Both the position numbers and the translations under genes were made by a program. A DNA stretch of 64,000 nucleotides from Ignavibacteria bacterium (GTDB lineage: Bacteria > Bacteroidota > Ignavibacteria > Ignavibacteriales > Melioribacteraceae): NCBI GenBank assembly GCA_012719345.1, contig JAAYAN010000190.1, forward strand, positions 10 to 64,009, written 5' to 3'. The notes under the pieces were generated by a model. That model worked only from the letters and a program-made list of their open reading frames with translations. It ran no database searches and was not told the origin of the DNA. This document shows, in pieces, positions 54,476 through 64,000 of this stretch. The first letter of the stretch is position 1. The number at the start of each line of letters is the position of its first letter.

Positions 54476-55051
54476 ATGAAAAATCTATTAACTTTTACTG
54501 CTGTAATTCTATTACTATTATTTCAATCAAAATCATTTGGGCAGGAAGCTTACATTGGCGATATAAAAATGGTCGCTTATAATTTTGCGCCCGAATTCTG
54601 GTTGCCTTGCGATGGCAGGCTGCTTCAAATTAACCAATATATGGCTTTGTATTCCCTTATTGGTACGACGTATGGAGGGGACGGCTTCAACACGTTTGCT
54701 TTGCCTGATCTTAGAGGAAGAGTGCCTGTTGGGATGGGACAAGGAAGCGGGCTTACAAACAGATCAATGGGAAGTAAAGATGGATCTGAGAGCGTAACCC
54801 TAAATGCTAATCAAATGCCTCAGCATACTCATCCAGTTTATTCAGATACAAATCCCGGAACAACTGAAACTCCAAGCGAAGGTACGGTTCCTGCAAAAAA
54901 CTCTGCCGGAATACCGCAATACAGCACAAGTGCTAATACTACTCTTTCAGGAGGGACTGCAGGAGGCAATCAGCCTCACAATAATATGCCCCCGTATATA
55001 GTTATTAATTATATAATTTGCGTGGAAGGCATTTACCCAACGCGACCATAA
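54476..55051 (+). CDS. Phage-tail-collar domain protein (MdpB-like), secreted
   Basis: It has a signal peptide. Contains YIGDIKMVAYNFAPEFWLPCDGRLLQINQYMALYSLIGTTYGGDGFNTFALPDLRGRVPVG and a PYIVINYII tail. Confidence 0.85.
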   Translation: MKNLLTFTAVILLLLFQSKSFGQEAYIGDIKMVAYNFAPEFWLPCDGRLLQINQYMALYSLIGTTYGGDGFNTFALPDLRGRVPVGMGQGSGLTNRSMGSKDGSESVTLNANQMPQHTHPVYSDTNPGTTETPSEGTVPAKNSAGIPQYSTSANTTLSGGTAGGNQPHNNMPPYIVINYIICVEGIYPTRP

Positions 55052-55067
55052 ATTAAAGAGAGCTAAA

Positions 55068-56507
55068 ATGTATCTACTTAAACAAAATAATAAGATAAAA
55101 ATATTTATTTATGCTGTATTTCTTTGCGGTGGTATTTTTGCACAAAACATCTACTGGCTTGATGCAGCCTATTCTTCCCCTGTTCTTGGGAAGGCTAAAC
55201 CGGATGGATCTTCGGCAACAACGTTATCACTGACTGCTGGAAGTTTGCCTGAGGCAATTATTTTTGATTCAGGCAGTAAGCAGCTTTTTTGGACAGAGTT
55301 AAAATTCAGTTCTTCTTCAATTGGGATTTCCGATTCTACTCTATCCGGCTTTTCAGAAATTGGAGGCAGCGGCTCTGCTTTAAGGGGTGTTGCTATAGAT
55401 AAAACTAACAATTGGATTTATTATATAAATTCCAACCTCTTAACCGGAGCTGTTATTTCCCGTATCAGACCGGGAGGTACAGAGAATGAAATATTATACA
55501 CGATAGGAGGTTCGATTGCTAATCCGCGCGGATTAGCAATTGATGAAGCTGAGGGGAAACTCTACTATGCGGATTTTTCACAAGGAAGCATCTTTGTTAA
55601 GGATATTAATTCCGGAAATGCACCTGTTGCTTTAGTTACCGGATTAAGCGGACCTTACGGTTTGGCTATAAATTCTCAAAACAACAAACTCTACTGGAGT
55701 GAATGTAATTCAGGTGAGATTTGTTCCTGTGAAAAAGACGGCACCGGAATAACAGTAATTCATTCGGGATTATCATTTCCAAAATACATTTCCATCGATG
55801 AAGGAAGCGGAACAATTTATTGGACAGAAACAGGAACTTCAAGGATAAAAATGGCTTCTGTTTCTGGCGGCTCTATCACAACACTGCCTCTTACGGTTAA
55901 TAACCCGACCGGAATTGTTTTTGTTTCCTCTGAAGAAGCACTTCCTGTTGAGCTAACCTCATTTTCCGCTTCGGTTGAACAAAACGCAGTTACTTTAAAC
56001 TGGCAGACAGCAACGGAAGTGAACAATTATGGCTTCGCGGTTGAAAGGTCGATGGTTAAGGGTGAATGGTTGGAAGTTGGTTTTATTGAAGGAGCAGGGA
56101 ATTCGAATAGTCCGAAAGAATATTCGTTCACTGATAATCTTACTCTTACTTCTTACTCATACTCTTTTAGATTAAAACAAATCGATATCGATGGTAAATT
56201 TACTTATTCAAAAGAGATTACTGTTGAGGCAGCATCTCAGCCAACAGAATTTGCATTGAAACAAAATTACCCGAATCCGTTTAATCCAACTACAAAGATA
56301 GAATTCTCAATCCCGGCAGAAAACAATGTTGAAATAAAAGTATATAACATTCTCGGTATGGAAGTAGCTACCTTGCTGAACGAACACAAACAGGCAGGAA
56401 CTCACAATGTTGAATTCAACGCAAACGCACTTTCCAGCGGAATTTATTTCTACAAAATTTCAAGCGGCAACTTTTCTGCAATTAAAAAGATGACACTGTT
56501 AAGGTAA
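55068..56507 (+). CDS. T9SS-sorted secreted protein with a YWTD/LDL-receptor class B beta-propeller
   Basis: Blades are marked by LFWTE, IYYIN, LYYAD, LYWSE and IYWTE. It then has the same C-terminal module and Por tail as 52933-54081. Confidence 0.8.
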   Translation: MYLLKQNNKIKIFIYAVFLCGGIFAQNIYWLDAAYSSPVLGKAKPDGSSATTLSLTAGSLPEAIIFDSGSKQLFWTELKFSSSSIGISDSTLSGFSEIGGSGSALRGVAIDKTNNWIYYINSNLLTGAVISRIRPGGTENEILYTIGGSIANPRGLAIDEAEGKLYYADFSQGSIFVKDINSGNAPVALVTGLSGPYGLAINSQNNKLYWSECNSGEICSCEKDGTGITVIHSGLSFPKYISIDEGSGTIYWTETGTSRIKMASVSGGSITTLPLTVNNPTGIVFVSSEEALPVELTSFSASVEQNAVTLNWQTATEVNNYGFAVERSMVKGEWLEVGFIEGAGNSNSPKEYSFTDNLTLTSYSYSFRLKQIDIDGKFTYSKEITVEAASQPTEFALKQNYPNPFNPTTKIEFSIPAENNVEIKVYNILGMEVATLLNEHKQAGTHNVEFNANALSSGIYFYKISSGNFSAIKKMTLLR

Positions 56508-56515
56508 AAGATTAC
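55934..56515 (+). repeat. ~580 bp direct repeat, copy 2
   Basis: See copy 1. Differences are scattered substitutions and a small indel in the NLTLT(H)TSYSY region. Confidence 0.85.
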
Positions 56516-56534
56516 TCATAGAAAATAGAACACA

Positions 56535-56577
56535 AAACCTTTAAGAAAGAAACAAGTTTTCTTAAAGGTTTTTTTAC
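56535..56577. terminator. Bidirectional hairpin terminator
   Basis: AAACCTTTAAGAAA-gaaacaagt-TTTCTTAAAGGTTT followed by a T-run, between convergent genes. Confidence 0.8.
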
Positions 56578-56607
56578 ACTATATAGTTGAAACTAAGTAA
56601 TGAGTCA

Positions 56608-59403
56608 TCAATGAGCTTCAAGCCAGTTTTCACCGATTCCGGTTTCTGCTATTACCGGAACATTTAACGGGAAAGCATTTTCCATCTGATATTTAACAAG
56701 CTGTTTAATTTCTTCAACTTCCTCTTTAGGAACATCGAAAACAAGTTCGTCGTGCACCTGAAGAACCATTTTTGTTTTATATTTGCCCTTTGCAAGATCG
56801 TTGTGGATTTTAATCATCGCAAGTTTAATCATATCGGCAGCGGTACCCTGAATAGGCATATTTATGGCAACTCTTTCTTCAAACTGCCTTACCAAGTGAT
56901 TTTTACTGTTAATGTTCGGCAGAAATCTTCTTCTTCCTAACAGAGTTTCGGCGTAACCTTTTTCTTTAGCTTTGCCGATGCTTTCCTCCATAAAAGCTTT
57001 TACTTTTCCGAAAGTAGAAAAATATGTTTGAATTATTTCTTTCGCGTGAGTTTGTGTGATTCCCAAACGGGTTTTTAGTCCGAAGGCGCCGATACCGTAT
57101 AAAATTCCAAAATTTACTTCTTTTGCTTTGCGCCGCATATCTGCTGTTACGCTTTCAGGACTTACTTTAAAAACTTGCGCTGCCGTGCTTCTGTGAATAT
57201 CCTCGCCATTCAGAAAAGCTTGAGTTAAACCTTCGTCGCCGCAAATGCTTGCCATAATCCGCAGTTCAATCTGACTGTAATCAGCGCTTAAAAGCAGGTG
57301 ATTTCCATCCGATGGAATGAACGCTTTTCGTATTTCCTTGCCAAGTTCCGTGCGGATTGGAATGTTTTGAAGATTAGGATTTATGCTCGAAAGCCGCCCT
57401 GTTGAAGCCACAGTCTGGTTAAAAGTAGTGTGAATTTTCCCGGTTTTCGGATTTATCAATTCAGGCAGTGCATCTGCATAAGTTGATTTCAGTTTTGAAA
57501 TCTGTCTGTAATTTAACAGCACGTCAATAATTTCGTGTTCGCCCCGCAAATTTTCCAGTGAACGGGCATCGGTTGAAAATCCGGTTTTGGTTTTCTTCCC
57601 GGGATTAAGTTTTAATCTTTCGAACAAAACTTCCTGAAGCTGTTTTGTGGAATTTATATTAAAATCAACTCCGGCAAGTTCAATAATTTTAGCTGAAAAA
57701 TTATCGAGAAGAATAAGAAGATCGCTGCCGAATAATTTAAGATTTTTAACATCTAATTTTATACCTGTTCTTTCCATATCTTCAAGAACTGCGGCAAGCG
57801 GGAATTCTACTTCGTAAGCAAGCTTATCAAGATTTTGTCCGCTGATTTCTTTATGCATTATTTCAAAAAGCCGGAGAGTTACGTCTGCATCTTCGGCTGC
57901 GTAATTTTTAATTTTTTCAAGCTCTACGCTGAATATTTTTGAAGGGTCTTTTTTTTCACCGATAAGTTCCGAAAGGGGAATGGGTTTGTAATTTAGATAT
58001 TTTTGCGAAAGCTCGTCCATCCCGTGCTTCTGATCGGGGTCTATCAAATAGCTTGCAAGCATTGTGTCGAAGAAAAAATTATTTACATTTATTCCATAAT
58101 TCCGTATTACTCCGATGTCAAATTTTCCGTTCTGGCAAATCTTTTTAATCTGCGGATTTTCGAAAACCGGTTTAAATATTTTTATGAAATCTTTAATTGG
58201 AAGACGGTCGTTTAAATTTTGCGAAAACAAATCTTCCGAAGTCCCGAAAGGATTTATGGCAACAAAATAAGCTTCCCCTTTTTTAGTTGAAAAGGATGCA
58301 CCTGCAAGATTTAAACTGTGAATATTGAGCCCGTCAGTTTCGGTATCAAAAACAAACTGTTTGCTGTTTTGCAAAAGCAATGCAAGCTTTTCAGCTTCAT
58401 CATGGGTTACTATCAATTTATATTTTACGTCATCAGCACTAAAAGAATTTACTTTTTCTTCCACTTTCCCAATTATCGAAGTAATTTCACCGCTGGTTTT
58501 TTCAAATATTCTGGAAATTCTGGCGCCGAAATTCTTTAATTCAAATTCCGCAAATAATTTCATCAGTTTTTCAATATCCTTCGGTGGAATCAGCTTTGCC
58601 TTTTCAATATCAAAATCAAAATCGACATCAGTAATAATTGTTGCAAGATCTTTTGAAAGAAATGCATTAGCTTTATTCAAAATAAGTTTATTCTTAACAG
58701 AATCTTTTTTCACAAAATCAATCTTTTCGTAAAGGTTCTCTATATTTCCGAATTCGTGCAAAAGGGGAGCAGCTGTTTTCGGTCCGATTCCGGCAACTCC
58801 GGGAATATCATCGGAAGAATCGCCGATTAAAGCGAGGTAATCAATCATCTGGTTCGGAGTAATGCCCAGATTATCAATTACTTTTTGAGTATTTGTAAAT
58901 TCCAGTTCATCGTTATTTTTAGCAGGCTTTACTAAAAATATATTGCTGCTTACAAGCTGAATATAATCTTTATCTGGAGTTACTGCAAAAACTTTAAGTC
59001 CGGCTTTTTCGGCTTTTACCGCAGCTGTTCCAATAAGATCGTCTGCTTCGAAACCGGGTTTTATATAAACAGGGAAATCGAATGCGGCAATAATTTCTTT
59101 TATTTTTTCAATCTGCGGAATAAGATCTTCGGGCATAGTTTCGCGGCTCGATTTGTAAAGCGGGTATTTATCGTGACGGAATGTCTTTTCTTTTGAATCG
59201 AAAGCTACGGCAAGATAGTCGGGCTTAATCTCTTCAATAACCCTGAAAAGCTGGTTAAGAAAACCGAATATTGCGGAAGTGGGAAATCCGTAACTCGTTT
59301 TCAAAGGTCTGCTTATAAAAGCATAATATGCTTTATACGCCAATGCTAGCGCATCAATTAATACAAATGTTTTTTCCAAATTATTTTCCTTTAAAAAAAT
59401 CAA
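56608..59403 (-). CDS. polA: DNA polymerase I
   Basis: It is 931 aa with a 5'-nuclease domain, a 3'-5' exo region (FDTETD) and pol motifs A (LLSADYSQIELR), B (RRKAKEVNFGILYG) and C (QVHDELVF). Confidence 0.95.
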   Translation of the reverse strand: MIFLKENNLEKTFVLIDALALAYKAYYAFISRPLKTSYGFPTSAIFGFLNQLFRVIEEIKPDYLAVAFDSKEKTFRHDKYPLYKSSRETMPEDLIPQIEKIKEIIAAFDFPVYIKPGFEADDLIGTAAVKAEKAGLKVFAVTPDKDYIQLVSSNIFLVKPAKNNDELEFTNTQKVIDNLGITPNQMIDYLALIGDSSDDIPGVAGIGPKTAAPLLHEFGNIENLYEKIDFVKKDSVKNKLILNKANAFLSKDLATIITDVDFDFDIEKAKLIPPKDIEKLMKLFAEFELKNFGARISRIFEKTSGEITSIIGKVEEKVNSFSADDVKYKLIVTHDEAEKLALLLQNSKQFVFDTETDGLNIHSLNLAGASFSTKKGEAYFVAINPFGTSEDLFSQNLNDRLPIKDFIKIFKPVFENPQIKKICQNGKFDIGVIRNYGINVNNFFFDTMLASYLIDPDQKHGMDELSQKYLNYKPIPLSELIGEKKDPSKIFSVELEKIKNYAAEDADVTLRLFEIMHKEISGQNLDKLAYEVEFPLAAVLEDMERTGIKLDVKNLKLFGSDLLILLDNFSAKIIELAGVDFNINSTKQLQEVLFERLKLNPGKKTKTGFSTDARSLENLRGEHEIIDVLLNYRQISKLKSTYADALPELINPKTGKIHTTFNQTVASTGRLSSINPNLQNIPIRTELGKEIRKAFIPSDGNHLLLSADYSQIELRIMASICGDEGLTQAFLNGEDIHRSTAAQVFKVSPESVTADMRRKAKEVNFGILYGIGAFGLKTRLGITQTHAKEIIQTYFSTFGKVKAFMEESIGKAKEKGYAETLLGRRRFLPNINSKNHLVRQFEERVAINMPIQGTAADMIKLAMIKIHNDLAKGKYKTKMVLQVHDELVFDVPKEEVEEIKQLVKYQMENAFPLNVPVIAETGIGENWLEAH

Positions 59404-59473
59404 TTTTAATATTTTAATAATAAACTAATAATTGTAGATTTGATAATTAAAATTAAAATATTTGTAAAGTTTT

Positions 59474-60463
59474 ATGCGGTTTATTATTTTTTTTGTTTTA
59501 TCAGTTTTTTTTCTGGCTGAGCTGATTTATCATTCTTCAAATGAAATTAAATATGTTTCGGTAGCTTCTTGGAATCTTGAAAATCTTTTCGATACAGAAG
59601 ACGATCCGCTTACAGAAGACGAGGAGTTTACTCCGGACGGTTCTAAAAACTGGACAGAAGATAAATTGGAAAGCAAGTTGAATAATCTTCACAAAGTAAT
59701 AAAGTTTATTAATAACGGAAATGGTCCTGATGTTATTGCCGTTCAAGAAGTTGAAAATTTAAATGTATTGCAGTTTCTTATTAAAAAATGCCGTTATTTC
59801 AGAAAATACGAGGCAGTGCATTTCGAAAGTCCGGATAAAAGAGGAATTGATGTAGCTTTGTTATATGATAAGAATATTTTCAAACCGGTTAAAAAATTTG
59901 CACACAGAGTTGATTTGGAATTTGAAACACGTCCAGTACTTGAGGCTGTTTTGAAACACACATCCGGCGACACAATTTCTTTTTTTGTAAATCACTGGCC
60001 TTCAAGGAAAGGTGGAAAAGATCTATCGGAAAAATACAGAATGGAAGCTTCCGAAACATTAAAAAGTGCAATTGAGCAGAATTTTAATAATTATCAATCG
60101 GGCAACATTATAATTCTGGGTGATTTTAACGATGAGCCTGGTGATAAATCAATCAGTAATTTAATTGAGAATAATTCTTTTAATCTTCTTAATTTAGCCG
60201 AAAATATATCCCTTTCCGATTCTGGAAGCTATCTTTATAAAGGTAATTGGGATATGCTTGATCAGATTATTATTTCCGAAAAAATGACAAGATGCCGAAT
60301 TAAGTATTCCGATAATTCGTTTAAAATAGTTAAACCTGAATTCCTTATAACAAAAAACGGAAAGTATAAAGGATCAGCTATTCCCACATTTGGCGGAAAA
60401 GATTATCATGGAGGATATAGCGATCATTTTCCGGTAACTGCAAATTTTTTAATTTGTAATTAG
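59474..60463 (+). CDS. Endonuclease/exonuclease/phosphatase (EEP) family protein, secreted
   Basis: It has a signal peptide and contains SWNLENLFD, AVQEVEN, NHWPS, GDFND and SDHFPV. Confidence 0.85.
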   Translation: MRFIIFFVLSVFFLAELIYHSSNEIKYVSVASWNLENLFDTEDDPLTEDEEFTPDGSKNWTEDKLESKLNNLHKVIKFINNGNGPDVIAVQEVENLNVLQFLIKKCRYFRKYEAVHFESPDKRGIDVALLYDKNIFKPVKKFAHRVDLEFETRPVLEAVLKHTSGDTISFFVNHWPSRKGGKDLSEKYRMEASETLKSAIEQNFNNYQSGNIIILGDFNDEPGDKSISNLIENNSFNLLNLAENISLSDSGSYLYKGNWDMLDQIIISEKMTRCRIKYSDNSFKIVKPEFLITKNGKYKGSAIPTFGGKDYHGGYSDHFPVTANFLICN

Positions 60464-60466
60464 AAC

Positions 60467-61156
60467 ATGAGAAAATATCTTATAATATTCGGTGCATCGG
60501 GAAATCTTGGTAAGGGAGTAACAACTTCTATAATTAAAAAGAAATATGATAGTATAACTCTCCTCGATTTTGATATATCATCTCTTATAATATCGCAGCA
60601 AAACATAAATGCAAAAAGAATAAAAGACCTTTCGCTGGAGGAGAATGTAGCAGAGGCTTTTGAAATGTTTACTACCGACAGAAATTCGGAGTATTTCATT
60701 TTTTCCACAATAGGAGGATATTCCGGCGGCAAAGAAATATCGGAAACTTCTTATGATGAATGGTTAGCTATGCAAAAGCTGAATGCCAATATATCTTTTC
60801 TTATAGCAAAATATTCTGTAAAACTGTTAAAAAAATCAGCCGGCGGATCAATACTTTTTACAAGTGCAATGACATCTATTAATCCCGAAATAGGAAAAGC
60901 AGCCTACGGAACCAGTAAAAATTCTCTGAATTATCTGGTTAAATCACTTGCTCTTGAAGGCGCTAAATATAATTTTACCGCTAATGCTATTGCTCCCTTA
61001 GCTCTCGATACAGAGGAAAATAGAATATGGGCTGATGGAGATATATTAACTAAGCCTGAAGAGATAGGAGAATTTATATCTCATTTATTCAAAAATTACA
61101 AAAAAGTCAATGGAAATATTTATGAAATTACAGGTAATATATTACCAAATTTATGA
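60467..61156 (+). CDS. SDR-family oxidoreductase
   Basis: Contains IIFGASGNLGKG and a YGTSK active-site Tyr/Lys. Confidence 0.75.
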   Translation: MRKYLIIFGASGNLGKGVTTSIIKKKYDSITLLDFDISSLIISQQNINAKRIKDLSLEENVAEAFEMFTTDRNSEYFIFSTIGGYSGGKEISETSYDEWLAMQKLNANISFLIAKYSVKLLKKSAGGSILFTSAMTSINPEIGKAAYGTSKNSLNYLVKSLALEGAKYNFTANAIAPLALDTEENRIWADGDILTKPEEIGEFISHLFKNYKKVNGNIYEITGNILPNL

Positions 61157-61274
61157 GATAGTAAAATTATTTATTGACTTTTAAGCTCTAAATAGTTAGA
61201 CTTACACGACTATTTTTAAAGAAATTGAACTTTAATAATAAATAATAATAATAATCACTCGGAGGTTACCTCTT

Positions 61275-61952
61275 ATGTCAGTAATATCTATGTTAGGCTT
61301 TGTAATTGCTCAGGCTGAACAGAGTACTATTTCCTACTTGCAAACTAAATTCGTAGAAGGCGGGCTTTTTATGTGGCCTATTTTAGCTTGTTTGGTTATA
61401 GGACTTGGATTCTCATTTGCTAAACTCTATACTTTAATTAGAGCTAGTACTAATACAAAAAAATTCATTGTTGATGTAAAGAACGCTTTAAATAAAGGCG
61501 GACTTGAAGAAGCAAAAAGATTATGTGAAAACACACGCGGTCCAATCGCATCAGTATTTCATGCTGGACTTTTAAGAGCAGACGAAGGTATTGAAGCTGC
61601 AGAAAAAGCTATTATGACTTACGGCGCTATTGAAATGGGTTTTCTTGAAAGAGGAATGATTTATATTTCTACATTTATTACACTTGCTCCTATGCTTGGT
61701 TTTACTGGTACAGTACAAGGTATGATCCAGTCATTCGACGCTATTAAAGAAGCTGCTCAGATGTCGCCAGGTATAGTTGCAGGAGGTATTTCGGTGGCTT
61801 TGTTGACAACTCTTTTCGGACTGGTAGTAGCTATGATCCTTCAGGCATTTTATAATATTTTTATATCACGTATAGATAAAATAGTTGCTGATATGGAAGA
61901 GAGTTCAATCGAGTTAATTGATACACTTTATGATATGAGTACAGAAGAATAA
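61275..61952 (+). CDS. exbB: MotA/TolQ/ExbB proton-channel family protein
   Basis: It has three TM segments and a TLAPMLGFTGTVQGMI..F motif. It lies upstream of two ExbD genes. Confidence 0.85.
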   Translation: MSVISMLGFVIAQAEQSTISYLQTKFVEGGLFMWPILACLVIGLGFSFAKLYTLIRASTNTKKFIVDVKNALNKGGLEEAKRLCENTRGPIASVFHAGLLRADEGIEAAEKAIMTYGAIEMGFLERGMIYISTFITLAPMLGFTGTVQGMIQSFDAIKEAAQMSPGIVAGGISVALLTTLFGLVVAMILQAFYNIFISRIDKIVADMEESSIELIDTLYDMSTEE

Positions 61953-61970
61953 AAATAAGAGATAACCAGA

Positions 61971-62504
61971 ATGATAAAGATAAAAAAACGTAAAATGCAA
62001 GAAGCCGATATCCCAAGCGGTTCTATGGCAGATATTTCATTCTTGCTTCTTTTATTCTTTATAGTTTCTTCCACAATTGACGTAGATACAGGTATCGGTA
62101 TGACCTTGCCTGATTTCGTTCCCCCGGGATCACCTCCGCCTCCGGTAGTATCAAAAGACAGGATGGCCACACTTGTTGTGAACGAGAACGGAATGGTGTT
62201 ATTAAGTGATAAAGTTATTGCAATTCCGCAAATAAGAACTAACTTGATTGAAAGAATTACAAGTAAGATAAATCTTCCAAGTAACAAGAAACTTATTGTT
62301 TCGATAAAGACTGACAGAAAGACTAATTACCATTTGTATATTCAAACACTCGATCAGGTAAAAGCAGCTTTTTTCGAAGTTAGAGATACTTATTCACTTG
62401 GTAAGTTCGGAAGAAAAACTATTGATTTGAATGAAGAAGAAATGGATGATGTAAAACAGGCAATACCAATTATTATTTCGATTGCTGAACCTGAAACTGT
62501 ATAA
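61971..62504 (+). CDS. exbD: Biopolymer transport protein ExbD/TolR (long form)
   Basis: Contains MADISFLLLLFFIV at the N-terminus and an ExbD-fold C-terminus. Confidence 0.8.
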   Translation: MIKIKKRKMQEADIPSGSMADISFLLLLFFIVSSTIDVDTGIGMTLPDFVPPGSPPPPVVSKDRMATLVVNENGMVLLSDKVIAIPQIRTNLIERITSKINLPSNKKLIVSIKTDRKTNYHLYIQTLDQVKAAFFEVRDTYSLGKFGRKTIDLNEEEMDDVKQAIPIIISIAEPETV

Positions 62505-62521
62505 ATGAATAGGTACGAAAA

Positions 62522-62935
62522 ATGAAATTTGAAAAGAAACGTGCTACAACTAAACAGGAAATACCAACAGCTTCACTTCCTGACATTGTATTTATGTTAC
62601 TTCTATTCTTCCTTGTATCTTCAACTTTAAGGGAGGTGGAAGTCTTAGTGAAGTTTAAACTTCCTGAAGCAAAAGCAATAGAGAAAATTGAAAACAAAAG
62701 ACTTGTTTCCTACATTTGGGTAGGAGATGACGGACGTATTCAGGTTGATGATAATATTGTTCAGGTAAAAGATATTCAGGATATTATGTACAAAAAAAGA
62801 GAAAATATGCCTCAAGTTATTGTCTCTTTAAGAGTTGATCGTACATCGAATATGGGTGTTGTTACCGATATTCAACAGGAACTACGAAAAGCATACTGTC
62901 TTAGAATTAACTACTCAGCAAGTCTGAAACTTTAA
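62522..62935 (+). CDS. exbD: Biopolymer transport protein ExbD/TolR
   Basis: Contains LPDIVFMLLLFFLV and a VSLRVDRTSNMGVVTDI motif. Confidence 0.85.
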   Translation: MKFEKKRATTKQEIPTASLPDIVFMLLLFFLVSSTLREVEVLVKFKLPEAKAIEKIENKRLVSYIWVGDDGRIQVDDNIVQVKDIQDIMYKKRENMPQVIVSLRVDRTSNMGVVTDIQQELRKAYCLRINYSASLKL

Positions 62936-62956
62936 TTTTATCGAAAATTATTACAA

Positions 62957-62986
62957 AGGCAGGCTTTTAGTCTGCCTTTTTTTTTG
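62957..62986 (+). terminator. Intrinsic terminator
   Basis: AGGCAG-gcttttagt-CTGCCT followed by TTTTTTTTT. Confidence 0.7.
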
Positions 62987-62995
62987 GAGAATTAT

Positions 62996-63448
62996 ATGAA
63001 CTTAACAGAAAAAATAAATGAAGATTTAAAAAATTCAATGAAAAGCGGCGATAAGTTGCGCACTACAACATTACGTTCAATTAGAGCGTTAATATTGGAG
63101 TTCGAAAAAAGCGGACAAAACAGAGCTATTGCTCCTGAAGACGAGATAAAAATGCTTACACCTGCAGCAAAAAAAAGAAAAGAATCAATAGAACAATTCC
63201 GGAATGCCGGACGTGAAGAGTTGGCAATGCAGGAAGAAGCTGAATTGAAAATAATACAAGAGTATTTACCTGCCCAGATTAGTGAAGAAGAACTCTATTT
63301 TAAAATAAAAAAAATGGCAGAAGAGACAGGCGCTACAGATAAAACACACTTTGCAAAACTTATGCCAAAAGCTGCCGCAGAATTTAAAGGGAAAGCTGAC
63401 GGAAAAATAATAAAAACAATTGTAGAAAAGGTTTTGAGTATAGGTTGA
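62996..63448 (+). CDS. yqeY: GatB/YqeY domain protein
   Basis: The ATG at 62996 is 5 nt after GGAGA. Contains INEDLKNSMKSGDK.R...LR and EYLP. Confidence 0.85.
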   Translation: MNLTEKINEDLKNSMKSGDKLRTTTLRSIRALILEFEKSGQNRAIAPEDEIKMLTPAAKKRKESIEQFRNAGREELAMQEEAELKIIQEYLPAQISEEELYFKIKKMAEETGATDKTHFAKLMPKAAAEFKGKADGKIIKTIVEKVLSIG

Positions 63449-63996
63449 ATTATATTGATTACATCATAATTGCTTTTGTTATAATTGCTTTTTTGCTTGG
63501 ATATAAAGATGGCTTAGTGCGAAAACTTATTGGAATTATTGGTTTTTTTGTTGCAATATACGCTTCTTTTAAATTCAGCAAAGATGCTGCTGGAATAATA
63601 TCACCGATTTTCAATAATGATATGTATCTTTCGGAAATTGTTTCAGGTATTCTTATTTTTCTTTTGGTTATTTTGATTGTTGCAATTATAAAACGTATAG
63701 TTCACCCGATTGATAAAGTTAACAGATTCATAAATCAAATACTCGGCGGAATATCAGGATCTGTTCAGGCAGTCTTTTTTTTAAGCGCTCTGTTTTTAGT
63801 ACTTCGTATTTTTAATTATCCAAATGACGTTGAAAAAAATAATTCTATGCTGTTTAATGATATTTATACAATTGTTCCTACAGTAATTGATTACATAATT
63901 GGAAATGATTCTGAAAAAATAGATTTATTTGAAGATATAATAAAAAAGAATGATACTGATTCGTTAAATATCGAAAATTATATTAACAACAAGTAA
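63445..63996 (+). CDS. cvpA: CvpA-family membrane protein
   Basis: Contains NYIDYIIIAFVIIAFLLGYKDGLVRKL and has four TM segments. Confidence 0.8.
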   Translation: MNYIDYIIIAFVIIAFLLGYKDGLVRKLIGIIGFFVAIYASFKFSKDAAGIISPIFNNDMYLSEIVSGILIFLLVILIVAIIKRIVHPIDKVNRFINQILGGISGSVQAVFFLSALFLVLRIFNYPNDVEKNNSMLFNDIYTIVPTVIDYIIGNDSEKIDLFEDIIKKNDTDSLNIENYINNK

Positions 63997-64000
63997 TAAG

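Noticed and set aside
54476-55051. Tail-collar domain gene considered as evidence of a prophage
   Set aside because: There are no other phage structural, lysis or integration genes nearby. The protein has a signal peptide and sits between T9SS cargo genes, so it fits the MdpB-like family of secreted bacterial proteins.
58325-58732. 135-aa and 73-aa plus-strand ORFs inside polA
   Set aside because: They are antisense shadows of DNA polymerase I.

Overview
AT-rich bacterial chromosome segment. It is probably from an FCB-group organism (Ignavibacteria/Bacteroidota-like), inferred from two proteins with T9SS-type C-terminal sorting tails; no taxonomic marker was searched.

Layout:
(a) 1-5.1 kb: an AT-rich defence-type islet. 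It holds a DndD-like ABC ATPase (5' end outside the window), a DndE-like domain fused to a HerA/FtsK-type P-loop ATPase, a decayed ParB-like gene, and a HaeIII-like type II R-M pair.
(b) 5.2-12.9 kb, minus strand: a complete trp operon, trpE-G-D-C-F-(DAHP synthase)-B-A. It is preceded by a 25-codon leader peptide with four Trp codons and a terminator hairpin.
(c) 13.1-13.7 kb: a DUF433/DUF5615 toxin-antitoxin-like pair bracketed by short CCTGAAA-type repeat blocks.
(d) 13.9-24.4 kb: two ABC-2 exporter pairs, hbd, ackA, an SDR, a small accessory islet, a GHMP kinase and galU.
(e) 24.4-32.9 kb: an 8.4 kb integrative element in tRNA-Ser(GCU) with 101-bp direct repeats. It encodes an integrase, a Prim-Pol/D5-type primase-helicase, an Xis-like HTH and no virion genes. 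Its cargo is a convergent multi-TM protein and an FGE/SUMF1-domain lipoprotein.
(f) 33-64 kb: mostly housekeeping. This includes tRNA-Ala, RND efflux, potD, mgtE, two orphan sensor kinases, a small-stress-protein cluster, two T9SS cargo proteins sharing a ~580 bp duplicated 3' module around a tail-collar gene, polA, exbB-exbD-exbD, yqeY and cvpA.

The best candidates for something new are the dnd-like fusion ATPase pair and the satellite-like element with its cargo.

All family assignments come from reading motifs by eye. No searches were run.
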